The translations under genes and the position numbers were made by a program. Shown here in pieces: positions 26,781 to 36,980 of a stretch of DNA of 64,000 nt (positions within the stretch are counted from its first letter, which is position 1; each line of letters begins with the position of its first letter). The DNA lies in assembly GCA_018433675.1 (NCBI GenBank), contig JAHDQS010000006.1, positions 66,425 to 130,424 on the forward strand. Direction: 5' to 3'. Below the pieces are notes generated by a model. That model was not told the origin of the DNA and made no database searches. It was given only the letters and a program-made list of their open reading frames with translations. The DNA is from Clostridia bacterium (GTDB taxonomy: Bacteria > Bacillota > Peptococcia > DRI-13 > SM3-B62).

Positions 26781-27199
26781 TCCACGGTAACCGGAACCGC
26801 TGAGTTGTCCGTTCCCGCAGCCGCGTAGACAATGGAAAAACGGCGCATGCTCTCATCGATCATAATATTTAATCCCTCCGGTAAAGCGAAAGGGCAAACC
26901 CCTCCTGGCGGGTACCCCGTTAGAGACAGGACCTCTTCACCATCCGCAAACCTCATCTTACATCCGACAGCCTGCTTAAGCTTCTTGGTATCTACCTTCA
27001 CATCACCGCTGGTTACAATAATCACCGCTTTTTCATTTTTCTTTTCGACAAAGACCAACGTTTTAGCGATTTGCCCCACCTCAACGCCTAAAGCCTGAGC
27101 TGCTAATTGTGAAGTACGGGTACTTTCATCAAACAAAATTATCTCTAGGGAAAAGGGCAGTGTCTGAAAATATTTTTCAACTCTTTCCAATGGTGTCAT
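26714..27199 (-). CDS. YbaK/EbsC-type aminoacyl-tRNA trans-editing domain protein
   Basis: 161 aa. GQIAKTLVF ... KVDTKKLKQAVGCKMRFADGEEVLSLTGYPPGGVCPF matches the YbaK/ProX editing-domain pattern. Confidence 0.75.
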   Translation of the reverse strand: MTPLERVEKYFQTLPFSLEIILFDESTRTSQLAAQALGVEVGQIAKTLVFVEKKNEKAVIIVTSGDVKVDTKKLKQAVGCKMRFADGEEVLSLTGYPPGGVCPFALPEGLNIMIDESMRRFSIVYAAAGTDNSAVPVTVDQLLELTGGESCDVCVTALVRK

Positions 27200-27220
27200 C
27201 TTGATACCTCCGCTTCATAT

Positions 27221-28027
27221 TTATAATTCCCGGTGAGCCTTTTCAATAACTTCCTTTATCAGCTCCGGAGGCTTGATATTAACTTCCTTCACCCCACCCT
27301 TTTCTAATAACAGAAGAAATTCAATATTTCCCTCAGGCCCCTTTATCGGTGAATAATCAAGGCCTTTCACCAGTAAACCGTTCCCTTGGCAAAAATCGAT
27401 CACCTTTTCCAAGACAGCATGGTGCACCTTGCTGTCTTTTACTACACCCTTTTTCCCCACCTTTTCCCTGCCCGCTTCAAACTGCGGCTTAACAAGGGCA
27501 ATAATAGACCCGCCGTCTTCGAGCAAGGGTATTACCGCCGGCAGGATTTTTTCCAAAGAAATAAAGGCCACATCAATAGTGACCATATCCACCGTTTCGG
27601 GAATATCTCCGGGGCCAAGGTTGCGGGCATTTGTCCGTTCCATATTCACTACGCGCTCGTCCTGACGCAGTGACCAAGCCAGCTGCCCATACCCTACATC
27701 AACCGCATAAACCCTTTTAGCACCGCTCAATAAAGCACAATGTGTAAACCCGCCGGTTGAGGCACCAATATCCAGAATTACCTTTCCTTCCAAAGAAAGC
27801 CCAAAGACCTGCAAGGCTTTTTCCAGCTTTAGGCCCCCCCGGCTGACATAAACAAAAGGTTTTTCCTTTACTTCAATGACGTCCTCTGCCCCGACCTTTG
27901 TCCCTGGCTTATCACTTCTTTGCCGATTAACCGAAACCTGACCGGCCATAATCAAAGCTTTGCCCTTCTCCCGACTGTCGACGAGTCCTCTTCTTACCAG
28001 CGCTTGATCCAGTCTTTCTTTTGCCAT
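27221..28027 (-). CDS. tlyA: TlyA-family rRNA 2'-O-methyltransferase (S4 + FtsJ domains)
   Basis: 268 aa. S4 N-terminus (RLDQALVRRGL) and SAM motif DIGASTGGFT. Next to dxs, as for B. subtilis yqxC. Confidence 0.88.
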   Translation of the reverse strand: MAKERLDQALVRRGLVDSREKGKALIMAGQVSVNRQRSDKPGTKVGAEDVIEVKEKPFVYVSRGGLKLEKALQVFGLSLEGKVILDIGASTGGFTHCALLSGAKRVYAVDVGYGQLAWSLRQDERVVNMERTNARNLGPGDIPETVDMVTIDVAFISLEKILPAVIPLLEDGGSIIALVKPQFEAGREKVGKKGVVKDSKVHHAVLEKVIDFCQGNGLLVKGLDYSPIKGPEGNIEFLLLLEKGGVKEVNIKPPELIKEVIEKAHREL

Positions 28028-28041
28028 ATATCATAACCAGC

Positions 28042-29955
28042 CTATCTTCTGAATGATAGAATTACTTTCTTGCGCTTTCCTGCCTTTAAACCAAAATGAG
28101 ATATGATCTTATCGGCCATTTTCTCCGGTGTCAGTCCTGTCTCCTCTTTTAATATACTAGTGCTGCCATGGGTCACAAACTTATCCGGTAATCCGATATT
28201 GAGGATTTTGGCTCCGCTTTGACCTTCTCTGGCCAAAAGCTCCAAGACACAGCTGCCAAAACCACCCGCCAGCACGTTTTCTTCCATGGTAACAAAAAAC
28301 TGATGATTTTTTACCGCTTCCAAAATAAGCTGTTCATCCAGCGGCTTAACAAATCTGGCATTGACCACCGACACGCCGAGACCGTTTTCTTCCAATATTT
28401 CCTTTACGGCCAGTGCCGGGTAAACCATCGAGCCTACAGCCGCTATCGCCAAGTCGCTGCCCGTCGCTAAGATTTCCCCTTTACCCCAAGGCAAACTGCG
28501 GTATTCTGTCGTTATATCCGCACCAACTGCGCTACCCCGGGGGTAACGCAGGGCAACAGGCCCGTTGTACTGAAAGGCCGTAAATAGCATATGCCGGAGC
28601 TCTTCTTCGTCTTTCGGGGCCATAACGGACATCCCGGGTATACACCGCAGATATGATAAATCGAAACTGCCGTGATGGGTAGGGCCGTCCTCACCCACTA
28701 AACCGGCTCTATCCAAAGCAAAGACCACCGGAGCATCCTGCAAGCACACATCTACGATTACCTGATCGTAAGCTCTTTGCAAGAAAGTAGAATAAATAGC
28801 CACGACAGGACGCAAGCCCTTAAGGGCCATCGCCGCGGAAACAGTGACCGCGTTTTGTTCGGCAATACCGACATCATAAAAGCGCTGAGGGAACTTTTCG
28901 CTAAAGGCATGCAAGCCCGTACCATCCGGCATAGCTGCCGTTACGGCCACGATCCTGTTATCTCGTTCTGCCAGTTCAACAAGGGCGTCACTGAATACCT
29001 TCGTATACTTAGGCGGACCTGAACTTTTTGCAACCTCACCTGTATTTGCATCGAAAGAACCTACACCATGGAAAATCTCCGGCCTTTTTTCTGCCGGCGG
29101 ATAACCCTTGCCTTTTTTAGTCAGAACATGAAGCAGCACAGGCCCCTTCATTTCCTTGGTTTTATTTAATACCTGCACCAAATCACGAATATTATGCCCG
29201 TCAATCGGTCCTAAATAGGTGAATCCTAATTCCTCAAAAAGCATGCCGGGTACGAGCAGATATTTCATACTGTCCTTAACCCTTTCAACCGCCTTGACCA
29301 CATTAGGTCCAATTGAGGGGATCTTGCGCAAAAGAAGCTCGACATCCTTTTTGCGCTTAGTATAAAACGGGTCGGATCTCAAGCGACTCAAATATGAGGA
29401 CATGGCTCCTACATTCTGGGCAATTGACATCTCATTATCATTAAGCACCACCAGCATATCGACTCCCTGGTGCCCCGCATGATTGAGACCCTCAAAGGCC
29501 TGCCCTCCTGTCAGTGCTCCGTCGCCGATAACCGCTATCACATCAAAATCCTCTTGCAGGAGGTTTCTGGCCAAAGTATAACCCAGAGCAGCAGAAATAG
29601 AAGTACTACTGTGCCCCGTATCAAAGACATCGTGAATGCTTTCTTCCCTTTTCGGGAATCCCGATATGCCTTGGTACTGGCGCAGACTGCCGAAAGCATC
29701 CTTTCTGCCGGTAAGTATCTTATGAACATAGGCCTGATGCCCTACATCCCAGATTATTTTATCTTTCCCGGAAGTAAAGACATAATGTAACGCCAGCGTC
29801 AGCTCCACGACTCCCAGGCTTGGGGCCAGATGTCCTCCCGTTTTCGCAGCAGTTTCAATAAGGAACTCCCTTATCTCCCTACTCAATAAGTCAAAATTAT
29901 CAAGCTTGATTTTCTTTAAATCATCCGGTCCGTTGATTTTTTCCAGTATGCCCAC
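28042..29955 (-). CDS. dxs: 1-deoxy-D-xylulose-5-phosphate synthase
   Basis: 637 aa. [12 protein letters not shown], the ThDP motif GDGALTGG ... NDN, and a transketolase-like C-terminus. Confidence 0.95.
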   Translation of the reverse strand: MGILEKINGPDDLKKIKLDNFDLLSREIREFLIETAAKTGGHLAPSLGVVELTLALHYVFTSGKDKIIWDVGHQAYVHKILTGRKDAFGSLRQYQGISGFPKREESIHDVFDTGHSSTSISAALGYTLARNLLQEDFDVIAVIGDGALTGGQAFEGLNHAGHQGVDMLVVLNDNEMSIAQNVGAMSSYLSRLRSDPFYTKRKKDVELLLRKIPSIGPNVVKAVERVKDSMKYLLVPGMLFEELGFTYLGPIDGHNIRDLVQVLNKTKEMKGPVLLHVLTKKGKGYPPAEKRPEIFHGVGSFDANTGEVAKSSGPPKYTKVFSDALVELAERDNRIVAVTAAMPDGTGLHAFSEKFPQRFYDVGIAEQNAVTVSAAMALKGLRPVVAIYSTFLQRAYDQVIVDVCLQDAPVVFALDRAGLVGEDGPTHHGSFDLSYLRCIPGMSVMAPKDEEELRHMLFTAFQYNGPVALRYPRGSAVGADITTEYRSLPWGKGEILATGSDLAIAAVGSMVYPALAVKEILEENGLGVSVVNARFVKPLDEQLILEAVKNHQFFVTMEENVLAGGFGSCVLELLAREGQSGAKILNIGLPDKFVTHGSTSILKEETGLTPEKMADKIISHFGLKAGKRKKVILSFRR

Positions 29956-29990
29956 AGTACCACCCGCTTTTTCTGCTTCTATCTTTTCTA

Positions 29991-30434
29991 TTACAATAGA
30001 TTTCCCACCAAAGCACCCAACAACGCCCCGGCCAGAACCTCCACCGGAGTATGCCCGATCAATTCTTTCAGTCTCTCTTGAGAAATATGAGTCCCCTGAT
30101 ACACGTCCTGTATCATCTGATTGATAACTTCTGCTTGTTTTCCTGCCGCACGCCTCACTCCAGCCGCGTCATACATGACAACGAACGCCATAACAACAGA
30201 AAAGGCAAAAAATGTTGAATCCCAACCCATCTCTTTGCCGACACTTACAGCTACGGCAATAACCACGGCCGTATGCGAACTAGGCATACCGCCCGAACCA
30301 ATAAGCCTCGTCAAATCGAATCTGCCATATTTCATAATATTAAAAACGACCTTCAATACCTGAGAAACTGTCCATGCTACAAAAGCTACAAACAAGACAT
30401 GGTTATTTGAAACCCCACGAAAGAACTCCTGCAT
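29991..30434 (-). CDS. Divergent PAP2 (acid phosphatase/vanadium haloperoxidase-related, DUF212) membrane protein
   Basis: 147 aa. GGMPSSHTA motif and 4 TM segments. Confidence 0.75.
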   Translation of the reverse strand: MQEFFRGVSNNHVLFVAFVAWTVSQVLKVVFNIMKYGRFDLTRLIGSGGMPSSHTAVVIAVAVSVGKEMGWDSTFFAFSVVMAFVVMYDAAGVRRAAGKQAEVINQMIQDVYQGTHISQERLKELIGHTPVEVLAGALLGALVGNLL

Positions 30435-30477
30435 TTCAACTAATCAACTCCACTAAACTCACTATGATTCTCTTCGT

Positions 30478-31365
30478 TTACGACTTTCTCTCTATCAAAT
30501 AACGAGCCAACAATATTAGAGGTTCTGTGTTTCCCCGCAAAGGTTCCAGGCTCTTTACGGCTTTATCGACTGCCTCCCTTGCCAGCTTTTTAGATTTCTC
30601 TACCCCATAAAGCGAAGGATAAGTACCTTTCTGATTCTTTTCATCACTGCCTACCGGCTTGCCTAAAATCTTCTCATCACCTAGTATATCCAACAAATCA
30701 TCCGTTATCTGAAAAACCAGGCCAAAGCACTCCGCGTATTCAGTCAGGGCGGACAACTCGTTTTCACTAGCCCCTGCCAGTAACGCCCCCGACCTGACAG
30801 CCGCTCTGAACAAGGCTCCCGTTTTATGAGTATGGATATAGTTTAAAGTCAAAGGGGTAATTGCCTTCCCTTCCGATTGAACATCAACCACCTGTCCACC
30901 GATCATACCCCTCGTACCGGAAGCGTTTGCCACCTCCCGGATAACCCGCAACATCCTCTTCTCCCCCGGCAGCCCCTCCGCCGCCGTTGCCAATATTTCA
31001 AAAGCATGGGTCAACAACGCATCTCCGGCCAGTATGGCTATATCTTCACCGTAGACCTTATGGCTGGTAAGCTTCCCTCTGCGATAATCGTCATTATCCA
31101 TGGCCGGCAAATCATCGTGAATGAGCGAATAGGTATGTATCATTTCTAAGGCACAAGCAACCGGCAGGTAGGGTTCATATTTCCTTCCTAAGGCTTCAAC
31201 AGCGGCCAGGCACATGATCGGCCGCAACCTTTTTCCTCCCGCAAAAATGCTGTATTGCATTGCTTCGTGAATAATCTGCGGATACTCGGTTTCCCTTGGC
31301 AAGAGTGTCGACAAATGCTCGTCCACCAGAAGCGCTCTCTTTTGTAAATACTGCTTAAGTCGCAT
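30478..31365 (-). CDS. ispA: Farnesyl/geranyl diphosphate synthase
   Basis: 295 aa. First Asp-rich motif LIHDDLPAMDNDDYRRG and second motif QITDDLLD. Confidence 0.9.
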   Translation of the reverse strand: MRLKQYLQKRALLVDEHLSTLLPRETEYPQIIHEAMQYSIFAGGKRLRPIMCLAAVEALGRKYEPYLPVACALEMIHTYSLIHDDLPAMDNDDYRRGKLTSHKVYGEDIAILAGDALLTHAFEILATAAEGLPGEKRMLRVIREVANASGTRGMIGGQVVDVQSEGKAITPLTLNYIHTHKTGALFRAAVRSGALLAGASENELSALTEYAECFGLVFQITDDLLDILGDEKILGKPVGSDEKNQKGTYPSLYGVEKSKKLAREAVDKAVKSLEPLRGNTEPLILLARYLIERKS

Positions 31366-31371
31366 CCTTGT

Positions 31372-31608
31372 TCAATCCTCTCCCTCGCTATCCTGCAAGA
31401 TTTCCAAGTCCCCCTTCGGACTTAAAACCTTTATTCTCTCCGTCGCCCGTTCCAACTGCTCCTGGCAGACCCTAATCAGAGCAATACCCTCTTCGTATGA
31501 CTCCAATCCCTCCTGCAGGGATATTTCTCCGCGTTCCAATTTGCGCACGATTTCTTCGAGCCTTTTTATATTGTCTTCATAAGAGCGAGCCTGTTTTTCC
31601 ATCCCCAT
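31372..31608 (-). CDS. xseB: Exodeoxyribonuclease VII small subunit
   Basis: 78 aa helical protein (YEDNIKRLEEIVRKLERGEISLQEGL) immediately after xseA. The start may be the Met at 31602. Confidence 0.88.
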   Translation of the reverse strand: MGMEKQARSYEDNIKRLEEIVRKLERGEISLQEGLESYEEGIALIRVCQEQLERATERIKVLSPKGDLEILQDSEGED

Positions 31609-32809
31609 CCTCCTTGCCGAGAATTAAACAATCTAGTTTTCCTTTATACAGCTTCACGCTGACTTTTTCATCAACAGCAACACTTGCGAAGTCTACAATC
31701 ACTTTACCATTATCACCCATACATATGCTATAGCCTCTAGCCAGCGTTGCCAACGGACTTAACGCTTGTAATCTTGCCGCCATAAGCTTCATCTTTTGCC
31801 TTTTCTTCATATGCAATTTTGCCACCAGTTCGAACAGATCATTTTCCTTGCGGACAACATCCTCCTGCAACACGGCCAGCCAGCGCTCCGGCTTCTTCAT
31901 GACCCCTGAGCTTTCGAGCAATTCAAGCTTCATTCTCTCACGCTGCAGTCTTCCGGCCTGGGCGTTGCGCATTCTTTCCCTGTATTTTTCTAATTGTTCC
32001 AACAGCTCGAATTTGACGGGAACCGCAAGTTCACCTGCAGCCGAAGGTGTCGCTGCTCTCACATCCGCTACCAAATCAGCTATTGTATAATCTATCTCAT
32101 GTCCTACAGCCGAAATCACCGGTTTAGGACAATTAAACACCGCATCTGCCACAACTTCGGCGTTAAAAGCGTTCAAATCCTCCGCCGAACCGCCGCCTCG
32201 TGCCAGAACCACTACCTCAACTTCATCTCTTTGCCCCAGCTGCTCAATACCCTGGGCCAGGACCTGCGCGGCTTTTTCCCCCTGCACAAGGGCAGGATAA
32301 AGCAGAATAGGCATTCCCGGATACCTGCGAGAAATAACATTGTGTATATCCCGGATTGCAGCCCCTGTCGGAGAAGTCACCACCCCAATACCTTTTGGCA
32401 AAAGAGGAAGAGTGCGCTTGCGTTGGGCAGTAAAATAGCCTTTCTGTTGCAGCTTTTTCTTCAGTTCCTCCAACATAATCTGCTGCAAACCTGTTCCGGC
32501 GGGAATTATCTCCTCTGCATACAACTGCACCATTGTATCGCGAGGATACAAGGAAACATAGCCCCGTACAAGACAATCCATGCCGTTTTCAGGCAAAAAA
32601 CCTACCGCTTGAGCACGTCCTCTGAACATCACGGCACGAATTGAGCTTTTTTCATCCTTTAAAGAAAAATAAAAATGACCGCTCGTATGCCTTTTAAAAT
32701 TGGAAATCTCGCCCCTCACCCAAAGGCCGGCCAGTTCGGGACGATTGGCAATAGCCTTTTGCACAATGACAGTCAAATCACTGACCGATAATACCTTCTT
32801 ATCCTCCAT
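31577..32809 (-). CDS. xseA: Exodeoxyribonuclease VII large subunit
   Basis: 410 aa. OB-fold N-terminus (VRGEISNFKRHTSGHFYFSLKD) and catalytic core (GGGSAEDL). Confidence 0.92.
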   Translation of the reverse strand: MEDKKVLSVSDLTVIVQKAIANRPELAGLWVRGEISNFKRHTSGHFYFSLKDEKSSIRAVMFRGRAQAVGFLPENGMDCLVRGYVSLYPRDTMVQLYAEEIIPAGTGLQQIMLEELKKKLQQKGYFTAQRKRTLPLLPKGIGVVTSPTGAAIRDIHNVISRRYPGMPILLYPALVQGEKAAQVLAQGIEQLGQRDEVEVVVLARGGGSAEDLNAFNAEVVADAVFNCPKPVISAVGHEIDYTIADLVADVRAATPSAAGELAVPVKFELLEQLEKYRERMRNAQAGRLQRERMKLELLESSGVMKKPERWLAVLQEDVVRKENDLFELVAKLHMKKRQKMKLMAARLQALSPLATLARGYSICMGDNGKVIVDFASVAVDEKVSVKLYKGKLDCLILGKEDGDGKTGSLL

Positions 32810-33647
32810 ATTTCACAGCCTCAACAGTGTTTTTAAGCAACATGGCAACCGTCGTTAAGCCTAATCCTCCAGGCACCGTAGTTGCTATGCCGGCAACATT
32901 TTCAACAGAAGGAAAGTCCACATCCCCTGTTATTTTTCCGTCAGACAGACGATTTATCCCCCCATCCAGCACAAAAGCGCCCGGTTTGACCATATCGCCG
33001 GTAATAAGATTGGGCTTGCCGACTCCGACAACCAGAATATCCGCACTCCTCGTATATTCCGCCAACCCCTCTGTCCGGGAATGACAGATGGTAACAGTTG
33101 CATTTTCCCGTAAAAGCAGAGCGGCCATAGGCTTACCTATTAATTTGCTGCGACCGACAATAACCGCATGTTTTCCTTCAATCTTATACCCCGTCGATTT
33201 TATCATTTTCAAACAACCGTAAGGTGTACAAGGAATGAAACGCGGCCTTCCCAGTAACAATTGACCCATGTTGGCAGGATGCAAACCGTCGACATCCTTC
33301 TCGGGATGAATTGCTTCTATTACCTTCTCCTCATTTATATGCCGAGGCAAAGGCAACTGTACCAGTATCCCATGTACAGCTGTCCTCTTATTCAAATCAT
33401 CAATAACTTCCAGTAACTGCGCTTCAGTCGTTGCAGCTGTCATTCTCACTACTTCAGAGCGTATTCCCACTTCCTGACACGCTCTTTCTTTATTACCGAC
33501 ATATATCTGCGAGGCCGGATCATCACCGACAATAATCACCGTTAAACCAGGCGTTATTCCGCAAACTTGTAATTCTTCCACTCTTTTTTTTACTTCATCT
33601 TTCACCTGATCGGCGACTTTTTTTCCGCTAATAATTTGACATGGCAT
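32799..33647 (-). CDS. folD: Bifunctional methylenetetrahydrofolate dehydrogenase/cyclohydrolase
   Basis: Start set at MPCQIISGKKVA (track ORF extends 14 codons upstream). Motifs GILVQLPLP, VIVGRSKLIGKP and VPGGLGLTTVAMLL. Confidence 0.9.
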   Translation of the reverse strand: MPCQIISGKKVADQVKDEVKKRVEELQVCGITPGLTVIIVGDDPASQIYVGNKERACQEVGIRSEVVRMTAATTEAQLLEVIDDLNKRTAVHGILVQLPLPRHINEEKVIEAIHPEKDVDGLHPANMGQLLLGRPRFIPCTPYGCLKMIKSTGYKIEGKHAVIVGRSKLIGKPMAALLLRENATVTICHSRTEGLAEYTRSADILVVGVGKPNLITGDMVKPGAFVLDGGINRLSDGKITGDVDFPSVENVAGIATTVPGGLGLTTVAMLLKNTVEAVKYGG

Positions 33648-33705
33648 GGCTTGAGGACCCCCATTGTATGTTAAATATATATATAACATGGTGCAAAATC
33701 CTGCT

Positions 33706-34653
33706 TTAATATATCATACTGTGGGCAATTAAACCAGTACCCACCGCACTGTCACTGCAGTATTCCCTTGCCGGGAAAAAAAGCTTTGCCCCTACCGCCG
33801 GATGCTCCAAGCGCTTTATGAGCCGCTGACGGATGTAGCCGTTCGCCGCCACTCCGCCTACAACCAGGACATCCTTTAGTCCTGTACTTTCCACCGCTTG
33901 ACGTATCACCTTTTCTGCCGTCGTGGCGATGCAATGCTCTACCGCTCTCGCAACAGCCTTCGGAGCCTCTCCGTTTTTTATGTATTTTTTCGCCAGCGTT
34001 TCGGCACCGGAAAAACTCATCATATATCCTTTCCGGGAGGAGGGGATTACCACCTTATCATGTCCTGCGGCCAGTTTTTCAAGATGTTTACCGCACGGAA
34101 AAGGCAAACCCAGAGCCACGCCAACCCTATCCACAAGCTGTCCCGCATGTATATCCGCAGAACGTCCCAAGACACGAATATCATATTGTAACGGATTTTT
34201 GACAATCCTTCTTACCTGAAGAAGCTCCGTGGTACCGCCTGACAAATGCAGCATCAAAAACTCCTGCAAAGTGTCTGCCTGAGCCGACCACAACCCCGCC
34301 ACAAGATGCCCTTCCTGATGAGATGTTGCAGCCAGAGGAATACCAAGTAAAGCAGCAATATTTCTGGCCAGAGCCGAACCTGCCGTAAATACCGGCAAAT
34401 ATGCATCCTTCCGGGGACACGGTCTGAAACTTGCCGCCACCCCTCGGATTTTCCTGCCCTTATGAACCTTAAGTACCTCCTCCAGCATCTCCGGCAAATT
34501 CCGCAAATGATAAAACAGGGCTGTAGATTGCTGCAGCCCCTGCTTCCCAACCGGAACCGGTAGAACTATCCTTTTATCGGCTATCATCTCCCTACCCTCA
34601 TCCACCAAAGCAAGGGAAGTGGTATAACAGCTTGTATCGATTCCCAAAAACAC
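33706..34653 (-). CDS. Kae1/TsaD-like ASKHA-fold protein (glycoprotease / peptidase M22 family paralog)
   Basis: 315 aa. GIDTSCYTTSLALV N-terminus, metal-binding-type SHQEGH motif, C-terminal VVGGVAANGYIRQRL. Shorter and more divergent than canonical TsaD. Confidence 0.55.
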   Translation of the reverse strand: MFLGIDTSCYTTSLALVDEGREMIADKRIVLPVPVGKQGLQQSTALFYHLRNLPEMLEEVLKVHKGRKIRGVAASFRPCPRKDAYLPVFTAGSALARNIAALLGIPLAATSHQEGHLVAGLWSAQADTLQEFLMLHLSGGTTELLQVRRIVKNPLQYDIRVLGRSADIHAGQLVDRVGVALGLPFPCGKHLEKLAAGHDKVVIPSSRKGYMMSFSGAETLAKKYIKNGEAPKAVARAVEHCIATTAEKVIRQAVESTGLKDVLVVGGVAANGYIRQRLIKRLEHPAVGAKLFFPAREYCSDSAVGTGLIAHSMIY

Positions 34654-34656
34654 AAG

Positions 34657-35067
34657 TCAAACCTCATCCGTATTCTTAATAATATTGCCCAGAATACCAT
34701 TGATAAAGCGGGGCGAATCATTCGCTCCATAAACCTTGGCAATTTCAATAGCTTCGTTGACCGCCACTGCTTGGGGAACATCAGGGGCAAATAATATCTC
34801 ATAGAGCGCAACACGCATAATGTTGCGATCGACTGCCGCCATCCTGTTCAGTTTCCACTCAATAGCATTACTGTCAATCAGCGAATCAATGGTCGCTTTG
34901 TTGTTTGCAACTCCTTCAATAAGTTGCTTGCTGTATTTTAACACGGCATCTCTCGGACCTTCCTCTGCGGACAGATGCTCCAACATACAATCCGGATCGC
35001 TTTTACCTATATCAAATGCAAAAAGTGCTTTCAATGCCAGTTCCCTCGCCTCATGCCTATTCCGCAA
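34657..35067 (-). CDS. nusB: Transcription antitermination factor NusB
   Basis: 136 aa. ARELALKALFAFD ... RMAAVDRNIMRVALYEI ... VAVNEAIEIAK. Confidence 0.92.
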   Translation of the reverse strand: MRNRHEARELALKALFAFDIGKSDPDCMLEHLSAEEGPRDAVLKYSKQLIEGVANNKATIDSLIDSNAIEWKLNRMAAVDRNIMRVALYEILFAPDVPQAVAVNEAIEIAKVYGANDSPRFINGILGNIIKNTDEV

Positions 35068-35099
35068 AAGAATTTTCTCCTTTCTTTTCCACCTGCTTT

Positions 35100-35318
35100 T
35101 TACCTATCATTAAAAAAACGCATGATTAATTCTCTGAGACCATCATTATCGTCGGTCCTCCTGCCTATTATATACCCAATATAAATGCAGCACGCAACAA
35201 AAACGGTCTGAAAAAAGCCAAGAAAAATCACAAGCAGGCTGAAAATCAAACCAATAAGTATCCCCAGCATCTTACCACGATGATTATGTAAGAGTTCGGA
35301 CAACAGTTCTCCCCACAT
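35100..35318 (-). CDS. Small integral membrane protein (DUF2273-like) of the Asp23 cluster
   Basis: 72 aa, two TM segments, following amaP/asp23 as in other Firmicutes. Confidence 0.6.
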   Translation of the reverse strand: MWGELLSELLHNHRGKMLGILIGLIFSLLVIFLGFFQTVFVACCIYIGYIIGRRTDDNDGLRELIMRFFNDR

Positions 35319-35332
35319 GACAACTATCCCCC

Positions 35333-35872
35333 CTATTCCACCCGGCCCTTAGCATCCCAGCTTACCCTGTTGACATGTACCTTTATTTCCTTCAACGTGA
35401 TGCCGGCTGTATTCTGCAAGTACTCTAATACCTTCTTTTGCAGTTCCTCAGAAACCTGGGGGATATTTACATCAGGCGAAACCTGCACCTTCAAGGCGAC
35501 TTTTAATGTATCTCCCGCAAGCCTTAACATGGGTTTTACATCGCGAACACCCTGCACATTGACCGCCGCTTTGCTGATTAAATGCTCCAAAGCAGGTATC
35601 GTTATCTTGACCTGTCCCAATCCTGTCTCATGGACTGTGGTTTCCTTGACAGGTTTTACTCTAAAGCTGCCAAGAAACAATGTCAACGATATGATGAAAA
35701 CCAAAAACCCCGTTGCTCCCAAGATCCAGCGGTTGGTTGCAAAGGCAAGATAACCCTCCATGTAGGTCAGACTGTTTGTCCACCCCAAAGCTAAAGAAAC
35801 CATCAATACAGAAAGACCAAGATAGCCTAAAGACATAACCCCAATGACTACTCTATCCGATGTCCGTACCAT
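35333..35872 (-). CDS. amaP: Alkaline shock response membrane anchor protein AmaP-like
   Basis: 179 aa, two N-terminal TM segments and an Asp23-like soluble part. Directly downstream of asp23. Confidence 0.6.
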   Translation of the reverse strand: MVRTSDRVVIGVMSLGYLGLSVLMVSLALGWTNSLTYMEGYLAFATNRWILGATGFLVFIISLTLFLGSFRVKPVKETTVHETGLGQVKITIPALEHLISKAAVNVQGVRDVKPMLRLAGDTLKVALKVQVSPDVNIPQVSEELQKKVLEYLQNTAGITLKEIKVHVNRVSWDAKGRVE

Positions 35873-35931
35873 TAAAACCCTCCTCTCGGTAAAATGCCGG
35901 TCTCCTCTGCGATATCGGCATGTTTTACATT

Positions 35932-36363
35932 TTATTTTACACGAGGCGAATCCTCTTCTTTTTCTTCACCCTTAAAGGCAACTCCCTGCACATGAACATT
36001 AACCTCAACCACCGTTAATCCTGTCATACCTTCAATGGCCTTTTTTACGCCACGCTGTATTTCATTAGCAACCTCCGGAATCCTTACACCGAACTCAACA
36101 ATAACGAAAAGATCGACGGCAGCCTCTTTTGCACCAACCTCCACCTTTACTCCCTTAGAGGGGTTTTTCTTCCCCACAAATTCAGCAATACCGCCTACAA
36201 GTCCACCGCTCATCCCGGCTACACCGTTGACCTCCGTTGCTGCTAAACCTGCAATGATTGCCACCACATCATCAGCTATTTTAATCGAACCGGCTTCATT
36301 AATACTGGTAATACTGTTACCACTATCCAAATTGTCGTTATCCTGAACAATCCTTTCCACCAA
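35932..36363 (-). CDS. Asp23/Gls24 family envelope stress protein
   Basis: 143 aa. IKIADDVVAIIAGLAATEVNGVAGM is the typical Asp23 N-terminal motif. Confidence 0.85.
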   Translation of the reverse strand: MVERIVQDNDNLDSGNSITSINEAGSIKIADDVVAIIAGLAATEVNGVAGMSGGLVGGIAEFVGKKNPSKGVKVEVGAKEAAVDLFVIVEFGVRIPEVANEIQRGVKKAIEGMTGLTVVEVNVHVQGVAFKGEEKEEDSPRVK

Positions 36364-36451
36364 TCTCCTGCACCTCCCCTTATCTCATAACACAATAATT
36401 ATATCAGATTAACACTTGGCTGACAAACATTGACAATAACGAAATTTTTCA

Positions 36452-36973
36452 TCACCGTGGCACAATTATTACATCCTCCCAAGCACAATCCACTGTTTTG
36501 GCAACGACATCGGCCACCTTAATAGCCTCTTCCGGCAGAAGCTCAGCGGAAGGAACGATGACCATTACAGCCTGGGCTTGAATAACCGCAACCGCATCAT
36601 GAAAGCCTTTGGCCAGCAGAGCGCTTTCAATCTTGCTTTCCTTCTCAAGCTCATCGCTTATCTCTATCAGCTTAACTTGCGCCTCCTGCCTTGTCTGCGC
36701 CAACGAGGCAGGATTGTTTACTATTTCCCTAAGGAGCTCGGCACGTTCGCTGCGGGTTCTGTTTCTCTCAATGCGGTATTCGCTGAAAAAATCATCCCCT
36801 GTCTCAATATTTTTTCCGGCTACCAAAACATCAGAAACCTCAAAATCCGAGGAAACAACCTCGTCTTTCTCGTTTCCCCATGCCTTCATTCCACCCCAAA
36901 CAGTAACAACAATCAGCACCAGTAAAATTCCGTACAACATCAGCTTTTTCTTACTAATGAAAAAAGCCTGCAT
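36452..36973 (-). CDS. spoIIIAH: Stage III sporulation protein AH
   Basis: 173 aa, N-terminal TM and YscJ/FliF-like C-terminus. Last gene of the eight-gene spoIIIA array. Confidence 0.8.
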   Translation of the reverse strand: MQAFFISKKKLMLYGILLVLIVVTVWGGMKAWGNEKDEVVSSDFEVSDVLVAGKNIETGDDFFSEYRIERNRTRSERAELLREIVNNPASLAQTRQEAQVKLIEISDELEKESKIESALLAKGFHDAVAVIQAQAVMVIVPSAELLPEEAIKVADVVAKTVDCAWEDVIIVPR

Positions 36974-36980
36974 TCATCCT

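Noticed and set aside
31994-32644. 216-aa plus-strand ORF
   Set aside because: Antisense to xseA, with Arg/Cys/His-rich nonsense-like composition. Shadow ORF.
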